A DNA stretch of 62,963 nucleotides, filler included, from Octopus bimaculoides (GCF_001194135.2; 7 parts of 7 records of this genome joined end to end with filler, not necessarily neighbours in it), one strand, 5' to 3'; shown: positions 27,021 to 37,769, counted from the first letter of the whole stretch. The notes: a model not told the origin generated them from the letters alone. Numbers and translations are program-made.

Positions 27021-29024
27021 GTAAGCTGTTGATGTTTGATTTCTTGTTGTATAAATCAGAATGTATAGTAATGGAGTTGAAGAAATTTATTTATTGAACT
27101 AAATATCTTAGAGGATTTAGTTTTGGTTCCTCTACAGTTTGGAGGGTTGCAAAGAAAAGGTGGAATCAGATTTTCCTTTCAGCTGTCATATGCTCAACAC
27201 TCATGACAGGTTTCTCCAGTTTCTATCTTCTATTTTCACTTAAAAGGTCTTGTTTAATCTCTGGCTATGATATAGAACATAATTTGACAACATTCATATA
27301 GTGGGACTGAACCTCTAACCACACGGTTTCTGTGATGAAAGAAAGATAAAGAAATAAAAATAATAACATTAACTTCCAACAGAAGTCAATCTCAAAGGGG
27401 GAGATGTTGTGGCACCCCTGGCAGATTGGAGAATGGACTAGCCGGACTCTTACAAATTGTTATAGTTCGGAATAGTCAGGGAGAGCGTTTTGGTAGTCTT
27501 GCGAAGTACGTTGCGTGAACACATTGATTAAACCTCCGCAGTATTAATTTATCTATACCAACCTGTAGCAGGATATAAAAATTCCTAAGCAAGCTTCTTA
27601 ACCACACAGCCATGAGTGCATCTATGCTGTGTAATTCCAAAAGCATTTTAATCTGTGAACATTGTCAAAAGTACTTTTAAATGTACATTATAGCAAACAT
27701 CTTTTACTGTCATGTTAAGATCACATTATCATCTTATTATCAAATTACTTTTAAAACAAACTTTTAATTTTCTTATGTTTTGACAGACACTCTTTAGAAA
27801 AATAGTCTGTGCAAAACCAAATATATGGTACCGTAGCCATAATACAGACTTGAACTTTTAACTTGTTGTCTCTTGAGGTCTCTGGGCGAGGCTTGGAGTC
27901 AACTTGTCCAAATACAAAGCAAAAGCCAAACGTATAATAATACTAATAATAATTATACTTGTTGTAGCCCGATGTTAGGAAATTTTCTTTTTCAACAGTT
28001 TAATCTGTTGTGCGTATGTGAAATTATAATGATAATAATAGAGACAATAATCCACTGGGAATTATGTAGAAAGCTAAGATTTGAACATACTGATAAGTGG
28101 TATGAACTTGAACCTAGAAAGTAAGAAATATAAGATATTGTGGAACTTTAACATTCGGACGGACAGAGTAATAGAAGCTACTACTACTAAATTTAGTAGT
28201 AGTAAGCAAAGAGGATAGAAAGTGCCAAGTAATTGACTTAACAGTTCCGAATGAGGAACAAAGTTAATACGAGAGGTATAGAGAAAATAGCAAAGAACCA
28301 GAACTTAGCCATTGAGTTACAGAGGCTGTGAAAATTGCGGGTAAAATGTATCCCTGTAGTTATAGGTGCATTAGGAACTATTCCTAAAGGTTTGAACTGG
28401 TGGATAGAGGAAATAGGCATAAGACCTAGTTTAGTTCAGCTCCAGTAAACAGTATTATTAGGGACAGCTAGGATACTTAGGAAGGTTCTTGGCATCTAAG
28501 GTTACTTGTTGTAGCCTGATGTTGGGAATTTTTCTCACAGTCTAATCTGTTGTGCGTAAATGAAATAATAATAATAATAATAATGATAATAATGATAATA
28601 ATCCTTTCTACTAAAGGCACAAAGCCTGAAAATTTGTGGGAGGGGGCTAGTCGATTACATCAATGATTGGTACTTATTTTATTGACCCTGAAAGGATAAA
28701 AGGCAAAGACAGCTTTAGTGGATTTTGAACTCAGAACCTAAAGATGGACAAAACACAGTTAAGCACTTTGTTTGGTGTGCTAACCATTCTGTCAGCTCAC
28801 TACCCTTAATAATAAAAATAAAAATGGTTTCAAATTTTGGCACAAGGCCAGCAATTTCAGGGGAGTGGGTAAGCTAATTACATCAACTGATGTTTACTTT
28901 CTTGACCTCAAAAGGATGAAAAGCAAAGTTGACCTTGATGGAATTTGAACTCAGAACATAAAGGCGGGCAAAATCGTGCTATGTATTTTTCCTAGTACAC
29001 TAACAACTCTGCCAACTCATTGTT

Positions 29025-29062
<38 letters not shown>

Positions 29063-29946
29063 TAATTCGTTTAATTGGCCACAAGGGCTAATATCAATTA
29101 AGAACATATAAGGACAAAGACAGGACGAAGGTTACAGAAGGTTTTGTCCGAAAAGGGAAGGAAAGTTCGTCTAAACAGAGGAAGAAAACGGAGAAAGATA
29201 TAATGAATAAATAGATAAATAANNNNNNNNNNNNNNNNNNNNNNNNNNNNNNNNNNNNNNNNNNNNNNNNNNNNNNNNNNNNNNNNNNNNNNNNNNNNNN
29301 NNNNNNNNNNNNNNNNNNNNNNNNNNNNNNNNNNNNNNNNNNNNNNNNNNNNNNNNNNNNNNNNNNNNNNNNNNNNNNNNNNNNNNNNNNNNNNNNNNNN
29401 NNNNNNNNNNNNNNNNNNNNNNNNNGAATAATAATAAACAAAAAAAAAAAAGAAGAGGAAGAAGAATGTCTTGTCTTGGTGTGAAAAATGGGTTGCAACA
29501 AATATTCTGCTCAATACCACAGATTTGCTTGTCAGTTGTTTGACCTTAAATCAGTTGAGCATGTCTCTTGGTGGTTGGCAATATGTTCATCTCTGATTAC
29601 TAGCAGAAGTAGTGGGGGAGTATCACAGCCATGTGTTGAAAGGAATTCTTTGGAGTTTGAATAATTCATCTCTGGAAACATGAGTGTTTCATTCATCATC
29701 ATTAAACAACCCTTATTCAGGAACCTTTTGAGTGGGATGGGCTACTTGACCAGAAGATAATTCTAACTTGGCTCCACCTGCAAGGTGGTGCACTGTTTAT
29801 CTTGATATGGGATCACTATGTTGTGCATCATATGGTTGTGATGCATGTGCCTGGTGTACCCTTATCAGACGGGTAGTCAGGGTATATTGGGCTTCGTACA
29901 TTTGTACCCCATTGTCACTTTGATGGCATGTGCTGCTCTCTCACTC

Positions 29947-30004
<58 letters not shown>

Positions 30005-30989
30005 GTAAGGATAATGGTAAATGCCCTGATGCAGTACTATGCTGAAGTACCCATGTTTTTCACTTGGAACAGAAGTAACAAAGAATGGCAAAGGAAAATG
30101 TGAGGTAAAACAGTTGAAGGCCATTTGAGTGTTTTCAAAGAAGAAAGTTTTGATCATATTTATGTTGTCACACCAAAGGCAGGAGAACTGTGTTAGTTAA
30201 AAATTGTATTGCATGAAGTTCAAAATAGTATCTTTTTCTTTCCCGTTGTGCATTGACATTTCAACTTGGAGTGGTTGTGACCCAATGGGTTATGGTACAA
30301 AGACCTGGAAATAGAGGTAACTCGAATGTGGAATCTAAAAACAGAAACAATTCCTATCATAGTAGGTGTCTTAGGTATAATAAAAAAATATTCAGACAAA
30401 TACATAACAAAAACACCAGGACTTACAAATATATATAACATACAGAAAATTGCACTACTGGGCACTGCACACATCCTACGCAAAACACTTTCAATACAGT
30501 AACCATAAGAGCACCACAGCAAACCACAGCACATACCCAAGGCACAGAGAGCTGCGCTTGGTAGTGAAGTGAAAGCACGTTATAAAAATAAAACTACTGA
30601 ACAATAATAATAATAATAATAATAGCAACAATTCGTTTATATATTTTCAGATTGGTGGACTTGATATTGTGGTTTCTCGTAACTATTTTGGCCGTCAAGT
30701 GAACAGTTTCCAAGGGAAGGTGAAAATTGTGGATAAAAGTCTTCTCAAAGAAAATACACCTAGTTATTTTGAAGGTGTCTTTATCCGTGCTCCTGCAGTT
30801 GTCAAAGTAAACAGCCCTGAAGTCTCTACCCTTGCTGTTCTTCCACATTCATCAAAAGAAAAATCTGACACAATTGTAGCAGTGAAGCAGAAGAATATAA
30901 TAGGCACAGCGTTCCACCCAGAGTTAACAGAAGACCTTCGGTGGCATGAATATTTTCTGAAAATTGTCCTTTTTGTACAGAATCATTGA
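26673..30989 (+). CDS. PDX2: Pyridoxal 5'-phosphate synthase glutaminase subunit (Pdx2/PdxT/SNO family), two coding exons join(26673..27020,30651..30989), 228 aa
   Basis: The spliced frame is open from ATG 26673 to TGA 30989 across a phase-0 GT-AG intron (TTG|gtaagc at 27021; ttttcag|ATT at 30650). Family motifs: GILEIQGGFSEH, IPGGESTT, WGTCAGLI (nucleophile Cys96), GGLDIVVSRNYFGRQVNSF, GVFIRAP, TAFHPEL (His205/Glu207). Confidence 0.95.
28046..28565 (+). mobile_element. R4/Dong-like LINE 3' end (restriction-like endonuclease, 3' UTR, (TAA)n tail) in the PDX2 intron
   Basis: IIHWELCRKLRFEHTDKWYE..KILWNFNIRTDRVIEA..LVVVSKEDRKCQVIDLTVP..IPVVIGALGTIPKGL..TVLLGTARILRKVLGI*. An extra copy of the 3' UTR lies at about 27956-28025. 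Confidence 0.85.
28600..29012 (-). mobile_element. Two tandem, CpG-decayed SINE family 2 copies in the PDX2 intron
   Basis: Colinear with 61021-61240, with CG mostly changed to TG/CA. Confidence 0.8.
30296..30623 (+). mobile_element. 3' end of a second R4/Dong-like LINE family with (AAT)n tail, just upstream of the last PDX2 acceptor
   Basis: YKDLEIEVTRMWNLKTETIPIIVGVLGIIKK..IQKIALLGTAHILRKTLSIQ*, then a 3' UTR and (AAT)n. Confidence 0.82.
30651..30989 (+). CDS. PDX2: PDX2 terminal coding exon
   Basis: Acceptor gtttatatattttcag|ATT GGT GGA. Encodes IGGLDIVVSRNYFGRQ...FIRAP...AFHPELTEDLRWHEYF...QNH*. Candidate AATAAA signals near 31235 and at 31472. Confidence 0.93.
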   Translation: MGGLDIVVSRNYFGRQVNSFQGKVKIVDKSLLKENTPSYFEGVFIRAPAVVKVNSPEVSTLAVLPHSSKEKSDTIVAVKQKNIIGTAFHPELTEDLRWHEYFLKIVLFVQNH

Positions 30990-31276
30990 AAATGTTTGAT
31001 TACAATTTTGAATATGATATTTTTGAATGTTTGATGATATTAAAATTACAATAACAATACCTTTAATGTGTATTTTATTATTTTCATACCTGAGTTTTAG
31101 CTTTGGTTCACCTGAATTATTGTATTGCTTTGTATATACTTTTATGAATTTCCGTTGCAAGATTCCTGATGCGAAACTGTGTGTTGAAACAGATATTGTT
31201 GTATTTTGGGATGGTCATTTTTTTTTTTTATGCCAAATAAACACATTCACAGTATATATCCATTCTTGACTCGTTT

Positions 31277-31464
31277 ATTACTGTTCTTATTCTAACTCAT
31301 GTCCATTGTCTGGAAGTCTTTCGTCACACATCTGTGACCTCTTCAGCAAATGGACTAAATGGAGCAGGAGCACACATGAAGACAGAAAGTGTTGCTAAAG
31401 AGATCACAGATGTGTGACAAAAGATGTCTGGACAATGGACATGAGTTAAAATAAGAACAGTAAT
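31277..31464. repeat. 73-bp imperfect inverted repeat (MITE-like) downstream of the PDX2 stop
   Basis: Arms 31277-31349 and 31392-31464, 8 mismatches in 73, 42-nt spacer. Confidence 0.85.
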
Positions 31465-32598
31465 TAACAAGAATAAATATACAGTGTGTGTGTTTATTTC
31501 CCCCCTCCCCCCCCAAAAGTGACCATCCTGAAATAAATACTTATATATACAACTTTATGATAACTAGCTGTTGCTGTTTAGCTCAGGTTAGTCTTAGTCT
31601 ATCTGATCTATAATCTAAGACATTCGGTCTGTGATGATCCTGTCTTTTTGTACACTTATGTCTACAGAGTCCAGTGAATCCCTTTTTATGATGGTATGAT
31701 CTGAGGTTGATTTACAATATTTACTAAAGTGGTGGCATGTCATTGTCAAGGGAACAGATCAGATGGAGAATAACAGACATCAAGAGGCAGAGATCATATG
31801 TTGAAGACACAAAGTACGGGATATTCTGTTATCGGAGACAAATAGGGAAAATGTGAAGGATATAGATTAATGAAACGATGATATCAAAGACAGGAGAAAA
31901 GGAATAAAGAAAAAGAAGCATAAAGTTCACAATTCAACTTTCCGATAGTGTAGATGTTAGTCCATAAGTCCTTAGGTGCAATCCTGTGTAAATCCATGTA
32001 TGGTTATTACCTTAATAGTATAAATATCCAGAGATAAACGAGTACGTATCGAAGTTTCGTAAGAAAATGGTAGCGGAGGTGGCTATTAAGGGATAAAGAG
32101 AAAGAAAAATAAATAGAAAGAGAAAGGTATTGGTAGGGAAGCAGGAAGTACAGAAAGTTGAGGAGGAAAGTAAGGATTGGTATGAAGGATAAAATAAGGT
32201 ATATAAAAATATAATGTACAAAAATAAGCAAGGAGATAAATAAATATATAAGGGTAAAAAAGAGGAGGTTGTAACGGAAGATAGCATAAAAATACAAAAT
32301 AAAGTAAAATGAAAGGGATTCAAAGAGAGTAGTAGGTGCCAGTGCTATTCTACTAGTTTGTTGGGGTTGGAGAGGAAATCTAGTAGTAAATGTTTGTCCG
32401 TTTTATGGCTAAGGTCACTGGCTGTAGATAAATTTTTAGCTATGGAGATATGAGTGTGTATGTAGTCGTGAATGGAGAAACCAGTTGAATGTTAAATTAT
32501 TTAGGAATAAGAGTAAGAACTAAATATTAGGGGATTTAATAGGTTAAGGTTTAAAAATAAACTAAAGAATTAACAGTTATCTTGTAAGGTAGTTGTTG

Positions 32599-32978
32599 TT
32601 GGCACTCCGTCGCTTACAACGTCGAGGGTTCCAGTTGATCCGATCAACGGAACAGCCTGCTCGTGAAATTAACGTGAAAGTGGCTGAGCACTCCACAGAC
32701 ACGTGTACCCTTAACGTAGTTCTCGGGGATATTCAGCGTGACACAGTGTGACAAGGCTGACCCTTTGAATTACAGGCACAACACAAACAGGAAGTAAGAG
32801 TGAGAGAAAGGTGTGTTGAAAGAGTACAGCAGGGTTGTCCACCATCCCCTGCCGGAGCCTCGTGGAGCTTTAGGTGTTTTCGCTCAATAAACACTCACAA
32901 CGCCCGGTCTGGGAATCGAAACCGCGATCCTATGACCGCGAGTCCGCTGCCCTAACCACTGGGCCATTGCACCTCCAC
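32599..32978 (-). mobile_element. Full-length tRNA-headed SINE (family 3), inverted relative to 34547-34923
   Basis: The reverse complement aligns end to end with 34547-34923. Degraded pieces also occur at about 43430-43672. Confidence 0.9.
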
Positions 32979-33189
32979 AACTTATACCAAAATGAATGCA
33001 TAGATTTATGCAGAGGCCTTCTGCCGAATCCCTAGATTTGGCTAGCCGAACGTCTGGAGTTCGACTGAGCACAGGTTAAGATCCACTGCCTTAATGCATT
33101 CACTTGATATTTATTGACAATACCCCAAAATGCTAGAATAGGATATTTGTTTTACTTGTTTACACCCCAAAAATTAAAAATACAGCGAA

Positions 33190-33450
33190 ATAATTATCAA
33201 TGAAATATATTGGAAAATAAGAATTATGTTCAATGGTGTCTTCCAATCATTTTTTCCAAGATCCACCTTCATATCTCGGTTCAGCTTAAGTCGTAAATCC
33301 CCTCTCTTCTCAATTTGTAGTACATTTCTTTTATCTGTGAGGACGGCATTTACTGCAGAAAATCCAGCTTCAACCAACCACGTAGTAGGAAACTATATAC
33401 AAAAAAGGGCACGACCTTTTCGAAGAGGACGGGAAATAAGGATTTCACTT
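33190..33450 (-). mobile_element. hAT (Buster/ZBED5-like) transposase C-terminal dimerisation fragment
   Basis: FPTTWLVEAGFSAVNAVLTDKRNVLQIEKRGDLRLKL matches the hAT FP(S/T)-Y/W-L-E-GFS..K-RN-L..RGDLRL signature. Confidence 0.75.
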
Positions 33451-33985
33451 CCAACTATGTCATCAACCAACCTGTCAAAAGTAAATAAGGTTACGTCTAG
33501 ACGTGCACACTGAGCACAAGCTCCACACGGAACGCGACCTTATAACACACCTCAAAAATTATGAGGTCAACTTTGAGAACCACTTCAAAGTTTAAAGTAT
33601 CTACTTCTGAAAAATTTTAAATTCGAGAAACTGTGTCGCCCAGTTAAGGTAGACACTCAATTGACAAGGGAGATAACTGTAAGTTAATGAACAGATTTAC
33701 TTCCCCTGTACTTTGATTCGAGTTCCTTCGCTGCCCGTTTCTTTTCATCACCAAGTGCAGAGATCTTCACCAGATGTTGAAAGTGTAGACTATGTTGAAG
33801 TTATGGTGCGCATTCTTTCTCAAGGCTGTTAGTGGCATAAATAAATAAGTAGCAGAAACCAGTTAGACACTTCGGTCCATCTTGAGTTTACCACGTTTTC
33901 ATTCATTATTCCAACTGAAATTGTTACTCAAGGCAACTCTGATGATGAACCGTTCCAATTATAAACATCTTTATCCTTTTATTTT

Positions 33986-34395
33986 TTTACTTGTTTCACT
34001 CATTTGATTGTGGCCATGCGGGAGCACCGTCTTAAAGGGTTTTGGTCGAAGAAATTGCCTCCAGGACTTATTCTTTGTAAGCCTATCGGTCTATTTTGAC
34101 GAGCCGCTAATTTACGGGGGCACAAACTCACTAGCATTGGTTGTCAAGCAATGGTGGGGGAGACAAACAGACACAAAGTCACACATACATACATACATAC
34201 ATACATACATACATACATACACACATATACACGACGGGTTTCTGTCACTTTCCGTCTACCAAATCCACTCACAAAGCTTTGGTCAGCCCGAGGCTATAAG
34301 TAGAAGACACTTGCTCAAGGTGCAACGCAGTGGGCCTGAACCCGGAACCATGTGGTTGGGAAGCAAGTTTCTTCCACACAGCCACCTCTGCGCCT
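33986..34395 (-). mobile_element. tRNA-headed SINE (family 1), near full length
   Basis: The reverse complement matches 46955-47490. Confidence 0.85.
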
Positions 34396-34546
34396 TTAAA
34401 AAAAAATATGTTCAAGGCTAAAATGTTCAATATTTCTTGTTTCTTAAAGACGGTAGGATGTGATTTGAAAGGGATTTGACTGTTGTTTTTGGTGGGTCGA
34501 GCGACCACGCGGAAGTTCTTTTGTTATTGAATATCAAATGACAACG

Positions 34547-34923
34547 TGGAGGCGCTATGGCCCAGTGGTTAGGACAGCGGACTCGCGGTCATAGGATCGC
34601 GGTTTCGATTCCCAGACCGGGCGTTGTGAGTGTTTATTGAGCGAAAACACCTAAAAGCTCCACGAAGCTCCGGCAGGGGATTGTGGCGAACCCTGCTGTA
34701 CTCGTCCACTACAACTTTCTCTCACTCTTACTTCCCGTTTCTGTTGTGCCTGTATTTCAAAGGGCCAGCCTTGTCATACTCTGTGTCATGCTGAATCTCC
34801 CCGAGAACTACGCTAAGGGTACACGTGTCTGTGGAGTGCTCAGCCACTTGCACGTTAATTTCACGAGCAGGTTGTTCCGTTGATCGGAACCCTCGTCGTC
34901 GTAAGCGACGGAGTGCCAAGAAC
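34547..34923 (+). mobile_element. Full-length tRNA-headed SINE (family 3) with 14-bp target-site duplication
   Basis: A box TGGCCCAGTGG, B box GTTTCGATTCC. TSD atcaaatgacaacg at 34533-34546 and 34924-34937. A near-identical inverted copy lies at 32599-32978. Confidence 0.9.
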
Positions 34924-35439
34924 ATCAAATGACAACGGTGATAGTTGAGTCAGTGGAAAATAGGAAACTAGGTGTTTTGTTTTGGTTTATAGAGGGCTGC
35001 TTTAATGTTTTCATCTCACTCTCATTCAGGAAATAAAATGTGAGGCAGAAAAAGAAGCTGTAGTTGTTGTTGTTGTTGATGATGATGATGATGATGTTAC
35101 CCATAGTCGAGAGTAGAATAATGTTCTTTTGTCTTCTAATTCTAAATATGAAGAAAACAAAACACCATGTACTCAGGCATATACGAACACGTACACATGC
35201 TCACACGCCCCTCCCCCCACGCATATACACACATATCCAAACATACATATAGTGAGCATGTTTATGTGATAAAAGAGGAAATATGTTTGTCTGATAATGA
35301 AGGCCATTTGTGGAATATTGAATGTGTGTGTGTGTGGGAAAGAGAGAGATAGAGAGGAGTGTTATAGATAGAAAGGTGTATATATATATATATATATATA
35401 TATATCTATATATATATATATAGAGAGAGAGAGATAGAG

Positions 35440-35470
<31 letters not shown>

Positions 35471-36837
35471 GTGAGTGAGTGAGTGGGAGAGAGAGAGAGA
35501 GAAGGTTGGCTTTGGTTTAATGTAAATTAGAAATTCATTAACTTATTTAGAGACGAAGAAAAAGAAAATGGACGGAACAGTTGTCCAAAGAAACGTAAAA
35601 AATACATGTGAAGTGCAAATAGGTAAAAATAGGTGGGCCTGATGCGAAATAAAAGTTGGCATCTTGTTAAAAGAAATTATCTGACAGATAAAGAAAAAAA
35701 GATATCATCCAGTAATTTCGGTTAGCTAAACGACCTTGTACATAATGATGGACTTCGTTGTGAACTTAGCTGCAACAATTGAATATTTAAATTGCAAGAA
35801 TTGGCAGTAAACATTTTTTTCTCTCTTTAAAAACGAACAAATCTGCATTGAGAGCCAAAGAAGAGTCAATTAACATGATGCTAAAGGGTTCTGATTTAGA
35901 GAACCGCAATTGATCGGAGCTTTTATCTAAACAACATTACCATAATTATTAGTGAAAAGTTCTTGAGATTCTTGCCAATAGAAAAACTGTTGGTGGATTA
36001 CTGGCCGCATGTTTTACGTTTTTTTTTGTATTTATTTTAGCGATATTCTTCATGTGAAATCGTTTGTTGAAACCGATATTGTTGTACTTTGGTGAGGGGT
36101 CATATTGCCAATAAAAACGCACGTACAGGTTATATTTCACTTCAGTTTATTACTAATCAATTTGATAGTTAATATCTTCGATTATTTTTTTTTCAAAAGC
36201 CTTTTCACAATCTGTGATCTTATCAATTTCCATGAGCCCATCAAGATTCTCTTCCTCTTCGCCATTAATTCTATGTTTGCTGTTTGTCTCCATGTTACTT
36301 GATATTACTTGATTTGTTGCCGTTATTTTACTCTAAAGTCCATCTTTCTTCTCTTTTGGTGCAGTCAACCGAAACGGTTTACTTTCTAATCAATAGAATT
36401 AATGTGCATGTGCGTGTGTGTGTATACTTACGTGCGCGTATGCATGTGTTTGTATATGTGTGTGTTTGTGTATGTGTGTGTTTGTGAATGTGAGTGAATA
36501 TGTGTGTAAGGGACGTCAAAAAGAAGAAAGGTAAGTGGAATCTTAAAGAGTGATGCTGAAGATCAAATTGGATTTGTTAGAAGTAGTTGGGAAATTGGGC
36601 TGTTGTTGATGTCGGGCGAAATAATGCAGAGATAAATACTTCTCGGTTTATTGACTCAGAAATCTGATATATCATTCCAGGCATTTACACTCCGTTATCC
36701 TCTTGAGTATCATTGAAGAAGTATATAAACATCGCAGTTTTTCATAATCGAAAACCACACGTCCACGTCTACAAATCCTACCAAATGCGGTATGTGTTTC
36801 AGGTTTCATTTGTTTAAATTTCTGAGATGAGAAATTA

Positions 36838-37030
36838 TATACGCTGGGCAAAATGCTTAGCGGAAATTTCCTCCGTCTCTAATGCTCTGAGTTCAAACTC
36901 TACCGGGGTCGACTTTGCCTTTTATCCTTTCGGGGTCGATAAAATAAGTATCAGTTGAGCGCTGGGGTCGATATAATCGTCTAATCGCCCTACCCGCAAA
37001 TTTCAGGCCTTCTGCTTATAATAGAAAGGA
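36838..37030 (+). mobile_element. SINE family 2 copy
   Basis: gggcaaaatgcttagcgg..ctgagttcaaactc..cctttcggggtcgataaaataagta. Confidence 0.78.
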
Positions 37031-37437
37031 TTATTATACACATATACATTCGAACTAATGTCCTCATCTTAGTTGTTATAGAAACATCATTTCAATCGTT
37101 CTGTGTTCAAGCCTTCATCAGACCCTTATCGTATTTGGTAACCTCCTCGGAATTTTGTTGTGAACCCTGAGATAAACTCATAAGAATAGATTATTCTCAT
37201 TCCATTGTTCATAGAATAACTATTCTGTTGATTGTGACGCTAGTTGTTGATTCCATCTGAACCATAAAGAATGTAGACTTATTGACCCACAGACTGAATT
37301 CAAACCCGTTAAATAAATGACCAAACATAACTTTTAATCAACGCTTATATTTGCTATCTCATTGTCCGATTTAAAAGGAACGTGTAAATGGCACTGCAAT
37401 CAGGAGAAAACTGACAAGACAATCTCTCTTGTGTTGA

Positions 37438-37650
37438 AGGCGTCGAGTTGGCAGAATCGTTAGCACGCTGGACGAAATGCTTAGTGGTATTTCGTCTGTC
37501 TTTACGTTCTGAGTTCAAATTCCGCCAAGGTTGACTCTGCCTTTCATCCTTTCGGGGTCGATAAATTAAGTATCAGTTGCATACTGGGGTAGATCTAATC
37601 GACTGGCTTCCTCCCCCCAAATTTCGGGCCTTGTGCCTAGAGTAAAAAAG
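37438..37650 (+). mobile_element. SINE family 2, near full length
   Basis: Colinear with 9080-9256 and the reverse complement of 61021-61240. Confidence 0.85.
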
Positions 37651-37769
37651 AATATCTCTTGTGTAGACAACGAAATGAGCAGATTCCCATATGGATTAAT
37701 AAAGGACTCCGTTGGAAATCTCAAGAATGTTAACGCTCTCTGCAGATGCATCGCATCTTTTATAAGTGC

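Noticed and set aside
29460-29945. Possible additional PDX2 exon or ncRNA in the intron
   Set aside because: There is no convincing frame or splice pair. It ends in an (AAT)n tail like a retroposed repeat, but with only one copy here it cannot be classified.
26673-30989. PDX2 as bacterial contamination or recent HGT
   Set aside because: It has a spliceosomal intron containing host repeats, a CpG-decay footprint and a eukaryote-type insertion around GGQ; a phylogeny is still needed for a formal test.
33600-33900. Upstream continuation of the hAT transposase, or a host exon
   Set aside because: There are stops in all frames and no recognisable motif.
34547-34625. tRNA genes (A/B boxes here and at 26243, 32900 and 46960)
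   Set aside because: There is no complete cloverleaf, and each continues into a repeated SINE body.
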